64,000 nucleotides of DNA from Geosiphon pyriformis uo1 (taxonomy: Eukaryota > Fungi > Glomeromycota): assembly GCA_016748015.1 (NCBI GenBank), contig JAAOMT010000684.1, positions 1 to 64,000 of the forward strand, given 5' to 3'. The position numbers and the translations under genes were made by a program. This document shows, one piece after another, positions 12,410-27,495 of the stretch (positions within the stretch are counted from its first letter, which is position 1; each line of letters starts with the position of its first letter). The notes beneath the pieces were generated by a model that ran no database searches, was not told where the DNA came from, and saw only the letters and a list, made by a program, of their open reading frames with translations.

Positions 12410-13859
12410 TCATAAAAAGCGTCACAAGGAGTCCGAAAAACATAACCAATTGTCAATAAACATTACTGTACACCAATAACCTGGGAACAGTTCCAAACAT
12501 ATTTATAATAATATTCACAACTGACATATTCCACAAGGCTTTAAAAGTATCTTCTGAGTTGGTCAACCCAATTAAACCCAAGTATTATTGAGTTATTCAA
12601 ACCAATTCCATAAAATGCGACGTCAATGATAAACCTAATGTTTTAAATTATTCAATTCAAATTAAACATTTTAACCGTTGAAATTAATGTCCTCGTTTCC
12701 ACAAAATTTGTGAAATCATACCAAGAGATGCTAGTTCCCATTAGCACTTTAACTTCCTCCCATTTTCCGAAATAGTATTTGAAATCTTCAAAACTATGAC
12801 GAAGCACATTAATTAAAGCTTCGGATTCCTCAGTTAGATTTGATTCATATCTATTTTTCACCACACTATTTATGTCTTTTGTAGTGCGATAAATGTTTCG
12901 TTCAATATCCATGGTGAACCTTGGAGTTTCGGGTATCGTCAGACGAAATTATAATGCTATACATGCTGGAATTGCTCCAATCCCTGTTACAATGCCCAAA
13001 ACATAATTTACATGTAATATGTTGGAATTTTTTTGATCTTTCTAAATTGATAATGTAACCAAGGAACAAATTGCTATTGACAAAATTCCGAAGCCTTGCA
13101 TTCCAAATATTGTTTCAATTATTGTTCTTTAATTTTTTTTGTAGCAAATTTACTAGTAATTACTATAGTAGAGTTGAAGAATATCAAAACATTTAATGAG
13201 GATATTTCATTTTGAAATCTGATCACATTTACCACTAGCAATTTAGATAAAAATTTTCAAAACTACTACCAACTAACATAGAATAATTACCATCAATCCC
13301 AATTCCCAAAAATACTCTCCATAACATGATAGAGTCTTGAACATTTATATTGCCAGAAAGAATTTCCTCCAATGTTACCACAATCATTATCATCAACTCA
13401 ATACAACACATCTATAATTTTCTTAATTGATCACTTTAAATTTTATTTCAAGTAAAAATAATCTTTTCAATTTCTAAAAAAGTTTTTTACCTTTTTTCTG
13501 CCATATCTATCGGCCAAAATCCCAAACAACAATTGTTCTATCAAAGTACTAACTGCCGTCGATAGTTTTAAACATAGATCGATTGATGTGGCCATTTTTC
13601 CATTGCTAAAATAGTTAATCCCTATCATTGTTGAAACGAGGTTTATTACAAACAGGTCATAAGCGTCTGTGAAAAATTCAGTTCCAGCAATTATAAACGT
13701 TCGAACGTGAACTTTTTATTGTTTTTTAACATTAATCTTTGCTGATCGAACTCATGACACAAGAAATTTGACCCAATCCCGGGAATGACCATGAAATTCA
13801 ATTTATTTGGCAATCACAGTAAAATCATTTAATTTCCACTCTATAGCTTTTTCCGTCAT
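12410..13859 (-). pseudogene. PHO84: Pseudogene of a high-affinity phosphate:H+ symporter (PHO84/PHS family, MFS)
   Basis: Minus-strand translation gives, in order: HVRTFIIAGTEFFTDAYDLFVINLVS..LLFGILADRYGRKK | IELMIMIV..LWRVFLGIGIDGNY | FGMQGFGIL..GIGAIPACIAL*FRLTIPETPRFTMDIE..GTSISW | IDVAFYGIGLNNSII..GTVP. In-frame stops at 13042-44 and 12949-51, frameshifts near 12580 and 12480, and the C-terminal TMs are missing. Confidence 0.9.
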
Positions 13860-15336
13860 TGTGCTGATTGATGTATGTTTTATTACTAAAATTTTAATTT
13901 GAATATTCATGAAATCTTTATTTATGAAAAGAATTTCCGCATAAAAGTTTATTACGATTAATAAATTCAATTCTTGGAAACGAATGCTTCTATTGTGTTG
14001 CCAAAGAATTATAAATTAAAGCTCTTGATTAATCCACATCTTAATTGTTTTTAAAAAAAAATTGGTCAAATTTACTTTAAATCAAATTTTACTCCAAAAA
14101 ATGGGTGATAAAATTTCCCTCTTTTTGATTTGAAAAAAGTTATAAAAAAAATTTCAATTTACTTTTTCAAATTTCAAGAATTTATACCAAAATTTCTTAA
14201 CAAAGATTTTTGTTTTAGATTAGTGAATAGTTTATATAAAAGCTTGAAAAAGAAATTTTAAGGCAATTAAATTTATTGCACTTAAATCTGTTTTTGGAAT
14301 ATCTTTTTTCAAAAGTCACTGAAGCTTTGAAATTCACTTGATTTTAGTGCAAAAAAACTGTGCCTGAAACGAATTAGAAAAGGATCTAAAATTGGTTCAA
14401 AAATATTAATTTTGAATTTTTCTCTTGGAAATTTTTTTATTTTATTTTATTACGGTGGTATTTCGGAAACTTGGGCTCCAAGTATTCTCGAGTTTCAGAA
14501 ACTTTTGAATTGTTCTAACCGGGTAAGCTGGAGAATTTTTAAGTGTAGTTATTAGGGAAAAACTGGAATTTTAGGCTAACAGAATTATCTAACCAATAAA
14601 ATTAAAAATTAAACTGAATTTTCCTCATGAAAATTTATTTTTTGTTGATGGTTACATTAATTTATCCATCCTGAACAGTAATTAAAACTTTGATTGTTAT
14701 TAAGTGTCCACATTTGCACTTGTTTGAAAGAAATTTCTGTTTTTTTCTTTTTTTTTTTTGAAACAGTATTCAATAATAAAAATTTCATAATCATTTTCTC
14801 TTTCTGAACAAATGCTAAAACAAAATTATAGATAAAAATGTTGTAAAATTTGAATTTTTCAATAGCATGGCAAGATATTTTGAACTTTTGCAAAGCCTAT
14901 GAGAAAAGATTAATAATGAAAAATCCGTAAATATATCTAAAAGTAACAATGTAAGCAAAAACTTTACTTAAAAATAAAAGTGAGAGAAAACTTGAAAATT
15001 TTTTTAACTAACCTTTAAAATTCTATTGCAAATTTATTGTTTTCAAGTCTAAAAAATTGAATTCGAGAATTAATCTTTTCTTAATTTCCTAAACTCATTT
15101 AACGGATAAACTACAGCTTTTTAATATATGATTCATTCAATTTTTGAATTCTGGAAAAAATATTTCTCAAAGATAACAAGCTCTTAATGTTTGGTTTGAA
15201 TCCACTAGACTCAATAACAGAAATTATAGAGAGCTTTTTGCTTTACAATCGGTCCAAATATCAAAAATAAAATAGGGGCTTAACGCCCTTTATCAAATTA
15301 TATTGCCACCACCCATTGGCAAACATTTCGAAAAAG

Positions 15337-17786
15337 ACTATATTTCTTCTCTTATCCCAAGTAAACAATAATAATCTATGAACACAATTTGAATCTATCT
15401 TGTTGTCACACGAAAGATTAAAAAAAAAAAAAAGATTAAAGCATGTCAAAAAGATAAAAATTCTTATTTTGGTGTTGATTTTTCCCTCTTATGCATTTTT
15501 CAACGGCATGATCTCTCACGTTTAAAACGTTTTTCTATGAGTTTGAAATCTATAATGCTAGAATTGATCAAAAATATTATTGGGAAGCGAATTTTCTTTT
15601 TGTAAAGTGAAGCAAAAGATTGAACTCTAAAAAAAATTATTTGGTCTACATTTTTGGTAATAAAAAATTATTTTTTTTAACCCAATATCATATATATTTC
15701 AAGATATGAATATATAGATATAGATAAAGATCCTTTTTCGTTTCAAAAACCAAAATCATCTTATGCTTTTTAAATTTCAATTCGTCTTGAAGATTTTTTT
15801 GTTAAAATAGAAAAAAAGCGAAATTGCAGATTTCGATGTGACCTAATGTTAGAATTTGAGGTGCAAAAAATAAAGATTAACTATATGTGTGTATGGAACA
15901 GAATTCAATATCTTTCATAATTCATCGGAAGTTTAAAACCTTTGTTTTTGTTTCTTTGTATAGAGTTTTAATCTCAAATAATAAATTGAAACTATTCATT
16001 TGCCCCCTTTTTCATGCATAGATCAAACAGCATAAATATCTTTGTTTCCTATATGGAGAAAGTTTAGCAATATATCTTATGCGGAGAAAAAATTTTCCTT
16101 ACAAAGAGCATACAAAAGAACAAAACTAAATGATAGATTGGTAAAACAAGTCATTTTTAGGAATCTATCACCAAATTGTTTTATACGGTTTCCTTTGATG
16201 GCCGAATTATGGCTGTAAAAAGCAATGTATATTATTAATGTTATTTTCAAGGGTCAAGTTTTGAAACTAAAATAAATATTTCTCTTATAAAAATGATATC
16301 TAAAAAGTTAAAATAATTTATTTTTTTCAATATTTTTTTCAAAAATAACGGTGTGAAAGTAACAAGCAAGTTTAACTTATTTTTCATAAAGTTTTATTCA
16401 TTTCTAAAGAAGTTTCTTGAATTTCGCTAACTTTATTATTTTGGCTTTTTATTTTGTTATTCGTAAAAAAGTTACCATCAAGGTCTTGTTCCAAAAGTAT
16501 TTTTCGACATCTACTAGCTTTCGTTGATCGAAAGACAAAAAAAATCTACCANNNNNNNNNNNNNNNNNNNNACTATATTTCTTCTCTTATCCCAAGTAAA
16601 CAATAATAATCTATGAACACAATTTGAATCTATCTTGTTGTCACACGAAAGATTAAAAAAAAAAAAAAGATTAAAGCATGTCAAAAAGATAAAAATTCTT
16701 ATTTTGGTGTTGATTTTTCCCTCTTATGCATTTTTCAACGGCATGATCTCTCACGTTTAAAACGTTTTTCTATGAGTTTGAAATCTATAATGCTAGAATT
16801 GATCAAAAATATTATTGGGAAGCGAATTTTCTTTTTGTAAAGTGAAGCAAAAGATTGAACTCTAAAAAAAATTATTTGGTCTACATTTTTGGTAATAAAA
16901 AATTATTTTTTTTAACCCAATATCATATATATTTCAAGATATGAATATATAGATATAGATAAAGATCCTTTTTCGTTTCAAAAACCAAAATCATCTTATG
17001 CTTTTTAAATTTCAATTCGTCTTGAAGATTTTTTTGTTAAAATAGAAAAAAAGCGAAATTGCAGATTTCGATGTGACCTAATGTTAGAATTTGAGGTGCA
17101 AAAAATAAAGATTAACTATATGTGTGTATGGAACAGAATTCAATATCTTTCATAATTCATCGGAAGTTTAAAACCTTTGTTTTTGTTTCTTTGTATAGAG
17201 TTTTAATCTCAAATAATAAATTGAAACTATTCATTTGCCCCCTTTTTCATGCATAGATCAAACAGCATAAATATCTTTGTTTCCTATATGGAGAAAGTTT
17301 AGCAATATATCTTATGCGGAGAAAAAATTTTCCTTACAAAGAGCATACAAAAGAACAAAACTAAATGATAGATTGGTAAAACAAGTCATTTTTAGGAATC
17401 TATCACCAAATTGTTTTATACGGTTTCCTTTGATGGCCGAATTATGGCTGTAAAAAGCAATGTATATTATTAATGTTATTTTCAAGGGTCAAGTTTTGAA
17501 ACTAAAATAAATATTTCTCTTATAAAAATGATATCTAAAAAGTTAAAATAATTTATTTTTTTCAATATTTTTTTCAAAAATAACGGTGTGAAAGTAACAA
17601 GCAAGTTTAACTTATTTTTCATAAAGTTTTATTCATTTCTAAAGAAGTTTCTTGAATTTCGCTAACTTTATTATTTTGGCTTTTTATTTTGTTATTCGTA
17701 AAAAAGTTACCATCAAGGTCTTGTTCCAAAAGTATTTTTCGACATCTACTAGCTTTCGTTGATCGAAAGACAAAAAAAATCTACCA
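15337..17786. repeat. 1215-bp direct duplication (15337-16551 = 16572-17786) flanking a 20-N gap
   Basis: The copies look identical on inspection, including the A14 run, and both abut the N gap exactly. Confidence 0.9.
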
Positions 17787-17819
17787 TCAAAAAACCCCTT
17801 AATACATTTGAAATTTAAA

Positions 17820-18509
17820 ATGACTAATGACGCATCAATCGCAAATCCTGGCCCACTTGGTATAGTTTCATAATATAATCTATTCAGAAAAATACTTTCT
17901 GATTTGGCCGATCCAAAGTTAAAAAAACACCCATCTTTTCTCTATAAACCTACAGGTTTTAGTGCCTTTGCCTTGACTACCTTCGTGCTTTCGCTTTATA
18001 ACGTAAATGCCGGGAATGTTAAAAATCCACAAGTAGTTGTTGGTTTAGCACTTTTCTACGGTGGCCTTATACAGCTTTTAGCAGGAATGTGGGAATTTAA
18101 GAAAGGAAATACTTTTGGATCTACTGCATTCTCTTCTTATGGTGGTTTCTGGCTTTCATTCGCTACCATTCTCATTCCCAATTTTGGCGTTGCAGCATCA
18201 TTTGGCCTTGATAAAGATGAATTTGCACAGGCACTCGGTATATATCTTTTGGCCTGGACAATATTCACTTTCTTACTCTTCCTGGCAACCCTCAAGTCAA
18301 ATGGTGGATTGATAGCTTTATTCTTTTTTTTAACATTTACATTTCTTTTCCTTGCAATCGCCGAATTTACTCAAAATACTGGTATTAAAAAATTCGCTGG
18401 AGCTCTCGGTATTTTTACCGCTATTATAGCTTGGTATAATGCGTTATCAGGTCTTCTAACAAATGAGACTTCTTATTTCACTTTGCCATTGTACGAAATG
18501 AAAAAATAA
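17820..18509 (+). CDS. GPR1/FUN34/YaaH (AceTr, ADY2/ATO-like) acetate/ammonium transporter, 2 exons
   Basis: Exon 1 17820-17859, intron 17860-17955. Splicing restores the family signature ANPGPLGFSAFALTTF. Also FYGGLIQLLAGMWEF and SSYGGFW, with about six TM segments. Confidence 0.92.
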
Positions 18510-19011
18510 TAAATTTCAATTTATTTTTGCTTCACTTCCCACTCAAAAAATATTACCAGTTTATTTTAAAGAGATCTAAATTTTGTTTCGATCAGAAAGG
18601 TCATGAAATTAACTTTGCTAAACAAAAAATTGCTATCTTGTGAATCAAAAAATAATGTATTCCTATAATCTAAAATTTTAGCTCTTTCTACTTTCTCAAA
18701 TTCATGCATTTTGAAAGAGAACAGTCTTGAGTTTAACATCCAAGAACTTGCAAATAACCGAAATTGTAAATTGGCACCATGAAATTTTTTAGTTTACTGA
18801 ATACTTCAACAAAACAGATTTGAACACCTATTTCCTACGAAGCCACAGCCTGCTTGAAAAAAAAGTCTTTCTATTTAGAAACCGAATAAACCCAAATTTC
18901 ATAAAACTCCACAAATTTCATTGTCCTTCTTCCATGAATCTCAAGATACTGCTTTTTTCGATGCTTAGATTGCAATTTGAAGCGCGTAAATCCATAGGTG
19001 CATATCTTGAT

Positions 19012-20478
19012 TCATTGACGCTCTGGCGGCGATAAATGAATACCTTTTTCGTCACATTGGACGACATATCTCAGCAAAACTTCGTATGCTTCTTCATGGA
19101 GCTCGAGAAAAGCGACATTCTGACATATCTAGTAATTTTATTGTCATATTGAACTCTGAGGTAAAAAATTCCGCTCTCAAGACCATTTAAGGCAGAAAAA
19201 TCTCACCCCGAGAAAGTCCCTTGGAGTCATGGTATCCATCCATTTTCGATCGTCATGCCCATACAGCCAATTGATTATAGGTTCTATGGTTTCTACAGAT
19301 GGCATCGGAAGTGTGACTCTTGTCATGTAACGGCCATACGGGTGTGCCCGATAAATCACATTTTTACTCAAATAAAAAAACACTTTGCTTAATAAATCGC
19401 TTTGCGGTGACAAATGGTCTCCCTGTACCACAATCTCAAGTGTCTTAGACTGCACCGGAATATTTGATACAATTTCTGGTTCAATTGATGTCTTTCTTGA
19501 ATTGCATCTCCCTTTCCCGTCGTTTTTTGTCTCGGAACAACAATTAGGTGGAGAATTCGGTTTATTTAAAAATATTCTACTCTGATCATTGAAAATTTCT
19601 CGCGTTAATTCTCCGATCACTTCCTCTTTGCTGTAATCATATTCCCCATCTTCAATAAAATCACCATATGGCTCATTAAATTGCTCTTTGAGATGATCCT
19701 CAATATTCTGTGTACTGTCTCTTAATTTTGGATTCGAAGGTGGATGAGATTGGTGACATGGTATATCAATTTTTGGAAGACACTCTTTGAATGAAAACCT
19801 AGCATTCCATTCTCTGAAGCTCAACATCCTCAAGATTACACATTTTAGATAGATATTAGGACCAAGCAGGGGGAGATGGGCACGTAATTGGTAGAAAGTC
19901 GAAATGCGTAACTCCGTAGGAAAATCGATCTCACAAATGTCTGTGATTCGATCACTTGGAAGGTGCGGCATTGTGCTTCGGATTGACAAATACATTGAGT
20001 GATGCAAAGAGACACGTGACTCATCAGGAGCCAATGGAAAATTTTCGACGATGTAGGAGGTAGAGTCAATATGAAATGGGTCATAATTTCCCAAGTTGGG
20101 GCTATTACCATTTTCGTGATGATTTGTGATGGGCAAGAATGTGGTTTTAGGAAGTATAGGTACGAACCTTTGGGGAGAGAAATTATATAAGTGCGGATAG
20201 CTGCTCATCGAGATATTGGAATTATTCCCAGGTTGGGTAGTTTTATTGTCACGCTTGGTCTTTCTTCTTTTTAAGGACGGGGTTTTTTTTTGACAAGGTA
20301 ATGAGGATGATGTTTCGGTATCTAATGTCAAAATTTGATGTCGAAAGTTTGAATAAAAAACTAGCCCTTCCGAAAAAATTTAATTAAACTTACATTCAAT
20401 TTCACTATCCTTCTTAACAATATTTCTACTAATTTCAGCCATATTTACAAAGGCTGGCAGTGGTGTAAAATTTCTCAT
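19012..20478 (-). CDS. Hypothetical protein with C-terminal BTB/POZ-like region, 3 exons
   Basis: Exons 20478-20394, 20321-19207 and 19128-19012 join in frame through GT-AG introns. The C-terminus VTLPMPSVETIEPIINWLYGHD..DFLGICQNVAFLEL resembles BTB helices. Confidence 0.7.
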
Positions 20479-21883
20479 GGGACTGATTCCAACTATTCTT
20501 CTAGAAATATAACTGAAACTCTATCAAAAAATGTAAAAAAAACGTATTATTTTAATATAATAAATATTTTAGCTGGCAAAGACCACCTGAAGAGTTTTGA
20601 AAATCATCCCTCACATTTCATGGAAGGACTACTTTTGAAAAATATTAAGGCTTGAATTCCCATTGACTCCGAAATTATATAGCACCAAATGATAGAGATA
20701 TGAATAATTATTTGTCTATTTTCAGCATCAAAATTATTCTGATTAATTTCCAATGATTTATTGATCGATCTTAGGTTGTCCCATTTCAAATGAAATTTCA
20801 TAAGCTGTTCAACAATAACTTGAGTTTTTTAGGCAAGCACTTATGGTTTACACCAAAAAGAAAGCAGAATAGTTTTTCGCTCTAGCTACTTTTTTGTTGC
20901 TTGTAAATTCTACATTCTTTACTCCTGTTATTATTGAGGCTATAAATTAATTTTTTAAATGATCCAAACAATGTAACTCTTAAGAACTTGAATTCTTTTT
21001 CTTCAAAAATCTATTTATGTTATAAAAGGTATCTGCTTTGTACAGCTATGAATGCGAAAATGAAATATTCAGATTTTTTTCAATCTAGGTCTGTATCATG
21101 AGTGTTTTAAAAATTGTCAAAAGCTCAGCCTTTTTGAACCATTGAGGAAATTATGAAAACATTATTTAATTCATTCAATGTCTTAAAACTCGTTTCTTTG
21201 TCACAGCTGAAAATAAAAAGTAGACACACAATTCATGCTTGCAAAAAAAAAAATTTTTTTTGAAATTATTGCTATTGAAAGATATAATTAAGTTTTAGAG
21301 AGCTCCTGAATTTGTCAATACTCCTGCAGAAAACAACCTGCTCAATGTGTTGTTGCCTCCCCAATAGACCATGATTAGTAATCAATATTGGGGAGAAATT
21401 TATTCCTAATACATTTATATTCAACACTATCATTTAAAAATGGTTTTTAAACTGTGAAAGAATATGTAAAGAGGAATTCACACATGAGAAATCTTGTTTT
21501 CACAATGCTTGGTAACAATTATTATAAAAATTTTAGTTTATTGCTAAAAAAAACAAAATTTTCAAATACGGTATTTAGCAGTTAAAAAAAAACGAGAAAA
21601 TAATGTTATTTATTAACTTTTATTATTAAAATTTCAGTTGACAATGAATTTTTTTTTTGTTTATTGATTTATGAAAAAGGCATTAAAAATTACTAATTTG
21701 CTCAAGTTCAAATCAATTATAAAGCTTTGAATTAGAGCTGTCGGAAAAACCTCTTGGCAAACGAAAAAGGGTTTTGTCATTGGGAAAAGGGTTTTTATTA
21801 TTATTACTTTGCGTAACGGAAAACCCCTGGCAATATTGAGATATCTTTTTAAAACGTAAAACTATGTAAATACTAAAAAAAAC

Positions 21884-22434
21884 TCTGTCAAAATTTCAAA
21901 AGCATGTTAATAAAATGTTTGAGTAGTAAATTTTAATCCATATTTTTATTTTTGGTTTACTAATTTATCTATATTTTTATATTGAATTTTGCTTAGAAAA
22001 AATTTACTTATTTAACTAGTAATTATAAATATTTTAAGAATTTTATGCAGTAGAATGTATAAGAAATATATATTTTCCATTTGTTATTTGCTTATAATAT
22101 ATTAAAATTATAGATTACATTTGTAATAAATAGATATATATACAGAAAATTATAATATTTATTAAGAATATATTTGTAAAATATAAGAAAATTTTAAATT
22201 CTATATAATATTTTCATATGTATTTGTATAAAATATCACCAATTTTATATGATACTAAATCTTTCTTACATAAAATGTAAAATTTCTAATTTATTTTTGT
22301 ATAAAGTTTTTGTTAATTTAATAACTTTATAAATTTTTACTATTAATAATAATTGTAACTATTATTAATAGTTTTAACTATTGACAAGAGTTTTTATTTA
22401 TTAATATTTTGATAGGTTTTGACATTTTGGCAGA
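21884..22434. mobile_element. Decayed MITE-like element with degenerate terminal inverted repeats
   Basis: Left end tctgtcaaaatttcaaaagc matches the reverse complement of the right end (tctgccaaaatgtcaaaacc) at 17/20. Interior is ~15% GC in a sampled line. Confidence 0.4.
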
Positions 22435-24699
22435 TTTAATATTTGAAAAAGTTTTTTTTAAGATTCAGTTTAATTTAAAATACAAAATAAAATTAAAAAT
22501 TAACTGCACAAAATAAATATTAGGTTATTATAGTTTAGAGTTGATGAAAATCCTTAATAAAGAAATGATAAAATTTACAAAACGCTTATATTAACCTTTA
22601 TTAAACGTAAAAAAATCTTTAATATTAATTAATTAAACTTATTATTCATTTATTTATTGTTAACAATAGTTTTTTATATGCTGATAAGTTTATTTATTTA
22701 TTTCAACAAAAATTTTTATTAACTATAAGTTATATATATTCAAATACATTTATAATGGGATATTTTTTTTAACATTTTAATATTTCAAATAAGTATTTTA
22801 TTTAATCAACATTAACACAAAAAGTTTTAAATGTTAATATTGATATCTTACTTAGTTTTTATGTAATTATTCAAAGTTTCAGGAGGTTTTTTTAGTTTGA
22901 TTAAATAAAGCATAAAGAACATTAATTTTTAAAAAATATTGCCTTTAAAAAGTAGGAAATAAATGTAATAATTTTCAAAAACATTTTAAAAGAGTTATTA
23001 AATACAATATTATTTATTTAAAGGCAAAAATTGAATTGTTATTGGTTTTGATTTCAGAGTTTTTTTTAAAAGTTTAGCTTTGATTAATTTAATATAATTC
23101 AATAATTATAGTGAAGTCACCATTTCATCCAGAAATTTTCCTCCCTATAAAGGATACAAATAGTTTAAGCATTAATGTATAATCTGGCAGTATTTGAATG
23201 AGCTTTTATGATTTCATTAATGCAGAGTTTTGCTCCCAACTTTTATTAAAATTGCAAGGATATTGATTATCCGCAAAAAATCATTAAAGTTGAATCGAAA
23301 AAAGAAATATATGTACTAAAAAGGCAATAAAATTTTGACGAAGGATGCGGATTTTTCGAAACCAGACAATTATTTTGAAATTGTGATAGAATCTGAGAAT
23401 AACATATATTTGACATGGCACAAAAAGACCGTTATCAATATGAAATTGTAATTTTGCAAAAAAAATTTCATCAATTATGAAGTTAAAACATTCTGAACAT
23501 TCACCCAATTCGGATTCCAATTTCACACGCTTCAAAGCCCATTCCTGCGTCACTTTTTCAAGGACATTCTGTCGTTTCGCTAACTGTTGAGCTGTCTCCT
23601 CCTTTTCAAAATAGACATTCAATTAACTCGAAATGAAAAAATTTTTTGTAGTCAAAAATTATCGCACACTTGCAATTTCTCGTTCTATTTCAGCGATTTT
23701 CTTATCTAATTCTTCCTCCTCTGATTTTGACCAATTATTTTTTTGCGCCACAATTTTTGGCTCTTTTAATGATGTGGGAGATCATTTATTTTTTTCTTTT
23801 AGTTAGTCCCTTATAAATTGAAGACCACTTAAGAAAGTGATTAAATTTTCTACCTTTCGAAATTTCATTTGCAGATCTTGAAGTGTTCATTGAAGGATAT
23901 AGGATATAAATTTTATTATTATGGAGAAAAGGATTTTCAATCAACTGTTATCTACATGTTTTTATTTTAGATGATCGTGATAAAACATGACATGATCCAT
24001 CTACGATCTTTGTTTACTTGACCATACGTCATCTTACCTCTTTTTTTCGTAAAAAACTCACGATTATCGCGACATATTATGAATTTTTTCAATTAAACAT
24101 TTTTAATACTTCCCATTTGGCAGAATTATAAACTTTGTTTTTTTTTTAAATAGAATATTGATAAATAGTGTACTTTTCAAATAAACAAGTTGGGAATATC
24201 GCAAGACCAAAAAGTTTATTCCAATCCTAGTTAAATCAAGAATCCTTTTGTGGGCTTGAAGAATGGTAATCTTTTCAATATAGATATATTTGGGGCAGAA
24301 AAGCTGTTGAACTTATTGTCATCTTGAAAAAAAGTTCTTGGGATTAAAAATTTATATATATATGTATATATATATTCTATTCTCACGATGAAGCTAACCT
24401 GAAATTTTATATCAAAGACTGCCTTCCAAATACCATAAACCGAAATCTATAATTTTAAGAGATAGAAATTAATAGAAACGTGGCGAGTTCTTTGTTATTT
24501 GAAATTAATGCAAATATTACCAGCTTATTCCGATCATAATGAGAATTTCTTTGGACGCGGAGCCTAGCGAGATTAGGATACTTATCGCTAACTTTGATTT
24601 GAATATAAATACTTTTGACCCAGAGTCACGAAAGAAATCTGCCAAATACGAATTATATTTTAATAATTAGCTGAAATGTTTTTAATTGCTTTTGATTTT

Positions 24700-25521
24700 C
24701 TTGGAAAGATTTATGAAATTCTCAAAGGCAAAAATGTCCGAAAACGCAAGAGGTTTACACAATCTTTAATTATTGAATCCTATGCATCACCTGTGAGTAT
24801 TTAAAAAGCTTTTCCAATTATAATAATGATGAATCTAGCATTCTGTTAATAAATTTCTTCACTTTGCATAAATTTTATCCAGTCCATAATATCATTCACA
24901 AAAGTTGAAAAACAAAAGAAAAAAACGATAGGTTCAGATAAAAAGGAAATTTTTGTTTCATATCCAAAATGTTATTTTGAAGAAAAGTTATCCATACTTG
25001 CTAAAAAACGTAAACAGGTGAAGACTATGGGAAAATTGATCTGAATTTTATAATTATTTTACAATCCGATCTTTCTCAAATTTAAAACACATGTTTTTCC
25101 ACAGCTGCTGGACCTCAAGAGCCAACTAATATCACTCAATTCACACATCTACAAACACGAATCCCTTTTATCGAAAAGTACCACGGCACAATTAATTTAC
25201 CAGACTCTAGTATCAGGTCGACTCTCACCGAACCAATTTCAAGTGAAATTAGAGTTGTACAAACAATATTGTTCAGAATTTAAATTGAATGGTCGCGATG
25301 TTGTACGCAAGCATGAGATCAAAAAGTTCGTTATAATGAAAGGAAAACAGGCTGTTATAATGACTTATCCTGTGATAAAGTACGAGTTCGATGTGAAGAA
25401 AGTATTTTTCGATAATGGAACCCAGAAACAGATTAACGGAAAAAATTGGGCCAGTGAAAAAAGTATGACAAAGTTTCTGAAGGGAAAAAAGCTTGAGAAA
25501 ATGTTAACAATTCAGGAGTGA
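24700..25521 (+). other. Possible multi-exon hypothetical gene or pseudogene
   Basis: Open blocks bounded by AG/GT (IYEILKGKNVRKRKRF..; SIISFTKVEKQKK..) and a terminal 92-aa ORF. No clean single frame and no recognisable domain. Confidence 0.25.
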
Positions 25522-27495
25522 GGGTATTTTTAGCTAGATTAAGTAAAAAGAAATATATATATATTCTATGTTTGTTTTAACCTTAGAATTCGCAAAGTGA
25601 TGTTTAAAAAAAATTTAACGAATATTTCAATGTTTAGAATTTTGTCTTTGAGGAATCCTGAAATTTTCATTTTTGGCTTTCAATAACAATTTTCTGAATA
25701 TAGATTGATGATCACAATAAAAATGCTTCAATAATCCGATCAACTTGCTGAACAAATGAAAGGATAGCAGGGTCTGAACTAAATCTTTCTTAATAATCTA
25801 TATTGGGTCAATTTGCCCGTTCACAATAAAGTTTTTAAATTACGAAAAAATCTAAGGATGCAAATTAATATCTGATGGGATTTGCATGATTCTAGAGCAT
25901 CTAAATCTTCATTTTAAATCAAGTACAAAAACGTTTCAATTGACAATTCAACCAGCGTAACGTGACCTCATACGTAAAAATTGATATTTAGGAAACTTAG
26001 AGGCTAAACCCCAAAATTTTTTTAAAAACGTTGAATAAATTTTACCTTAACTAGTGAGTCCCCAATTTTATTTTTGACCCATCATATATTATTATCATCT
26101 TTCTTTGCAGAGTTTCAAACCCAAAATGGCTAACTGAGAGAAATAAAAAATTCCATTATTGGATTTTAAAACCTCACATACTTTACCATTTTTGAAAACA
26201 ATTTTTTTAATTGAACTCATTCTGGAGAATCGTTACCAGTAAACTGTATTATTCGCATGCAAATATTATTAATTCACAATCAAAAAATAAGTAAACTTCA
26301 CCTCATCTCATGGCACATTACCTCAATGAGGTTAATGCGAAATAATTCATAATCTATAAAAAGGTAAGATCGTCAGTGCACAATGTAAATGTAAAATTCA
26401 TGTGTCCTCTTTCTCGTCAATGAATACGACGTCGTTGTTTGATTTTAAATTTCAAATATTCATGTTTTCGATTTTTAATACACGGCAAGAAAAACACAAA
26501 CCATGATGGCGAGTTCAAAAAAACTATCTCATCGAAATGAATGAGAAACTCCGGACGGAAATAATTTCTTTAACTCGAAATCTAATTCTTCTTTTAGTTT
26601 TATTCTTGTCTTTTCCTTTCAATCAGATGAGAGCAAGTATTTTAGTTAAATTAAGAAAAAAAAAAGGAAGTTGGAAAAGGACCTGAAACAACTGTTTTGA
26701 ATCCCAAAATCTAAGAATTTAAACCAAATGCTAATCAGTATACTTCGAACAGATGTGTTATTGTCATGAATTTGAAATATTTCAATGAAGCCCTTACATT
26801 TTCTCGTTCCCGTTAAATAGTTATCACTTGGCGAGAGCCTTTTGGTTGAGTTGAGGAATTTGATGATATCGCTCAAATTCAAACTTTTAAATCATGTATT
26901 TATATAATCTACGACTTTGAGGGAACAAATTCTCAGTTCGAATTTTTTCTCTTTGTTTGATTTTAATAATCTCTTACCACATGTACAAGATCGAATCTCA
27001 ATTAGAAATTCTTCAATAATGTTCAATTATATGCTCATTAATTAGGGACTTTTTGAACACATGAGATTTAAAACTTACAATTTGAAAATGTTTTCTTAAT
27101 TAGAAAGCCAATTATCCAACAAACCTCAGATCGTATTTCCAAATTTCAATACCTTTTAAGCCTTTTTGAAAAACCAAGGAGTGTCCATTGATAATTCGAA
27201 AAAAAAAGGTTTGAATTAAAAATTGCAAAAATGATCAAGATTCTTTTATGATAATATATCTTTATGACACAAAATGCACCTATCCAGGATAATAAATTAA
27301 CTAATTTACTAAATTTATGGCCAAGATTCAATAAGAGAATGTTGAAACTTTCTCTGTTGTAATTCTTTGGAAGTCCACCCAGCTGCCAATTCGGAGGTAA
27401 AGCTATACCGGGATTTTACTGTTATCAAAGGATTAGGGTTTTATTGATTGGGATTGGGAAAAAATATTTGTTCAAAAACTCAGAATTGAGAATTT

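Noticed and set aside
15337-17786. 1215-bp tandem duplication of the AceTr upstream region
   Set aside because: The copies look identical and both end exactly at a 20-N gap, the typical pattern of an unmerged contig overlap. Read depth or long reads would confirm.
23284-23790. Coiled-coil-like ORF on the minus strand
   Set aside because: No start or clean exon chain, and no recognisable domain.
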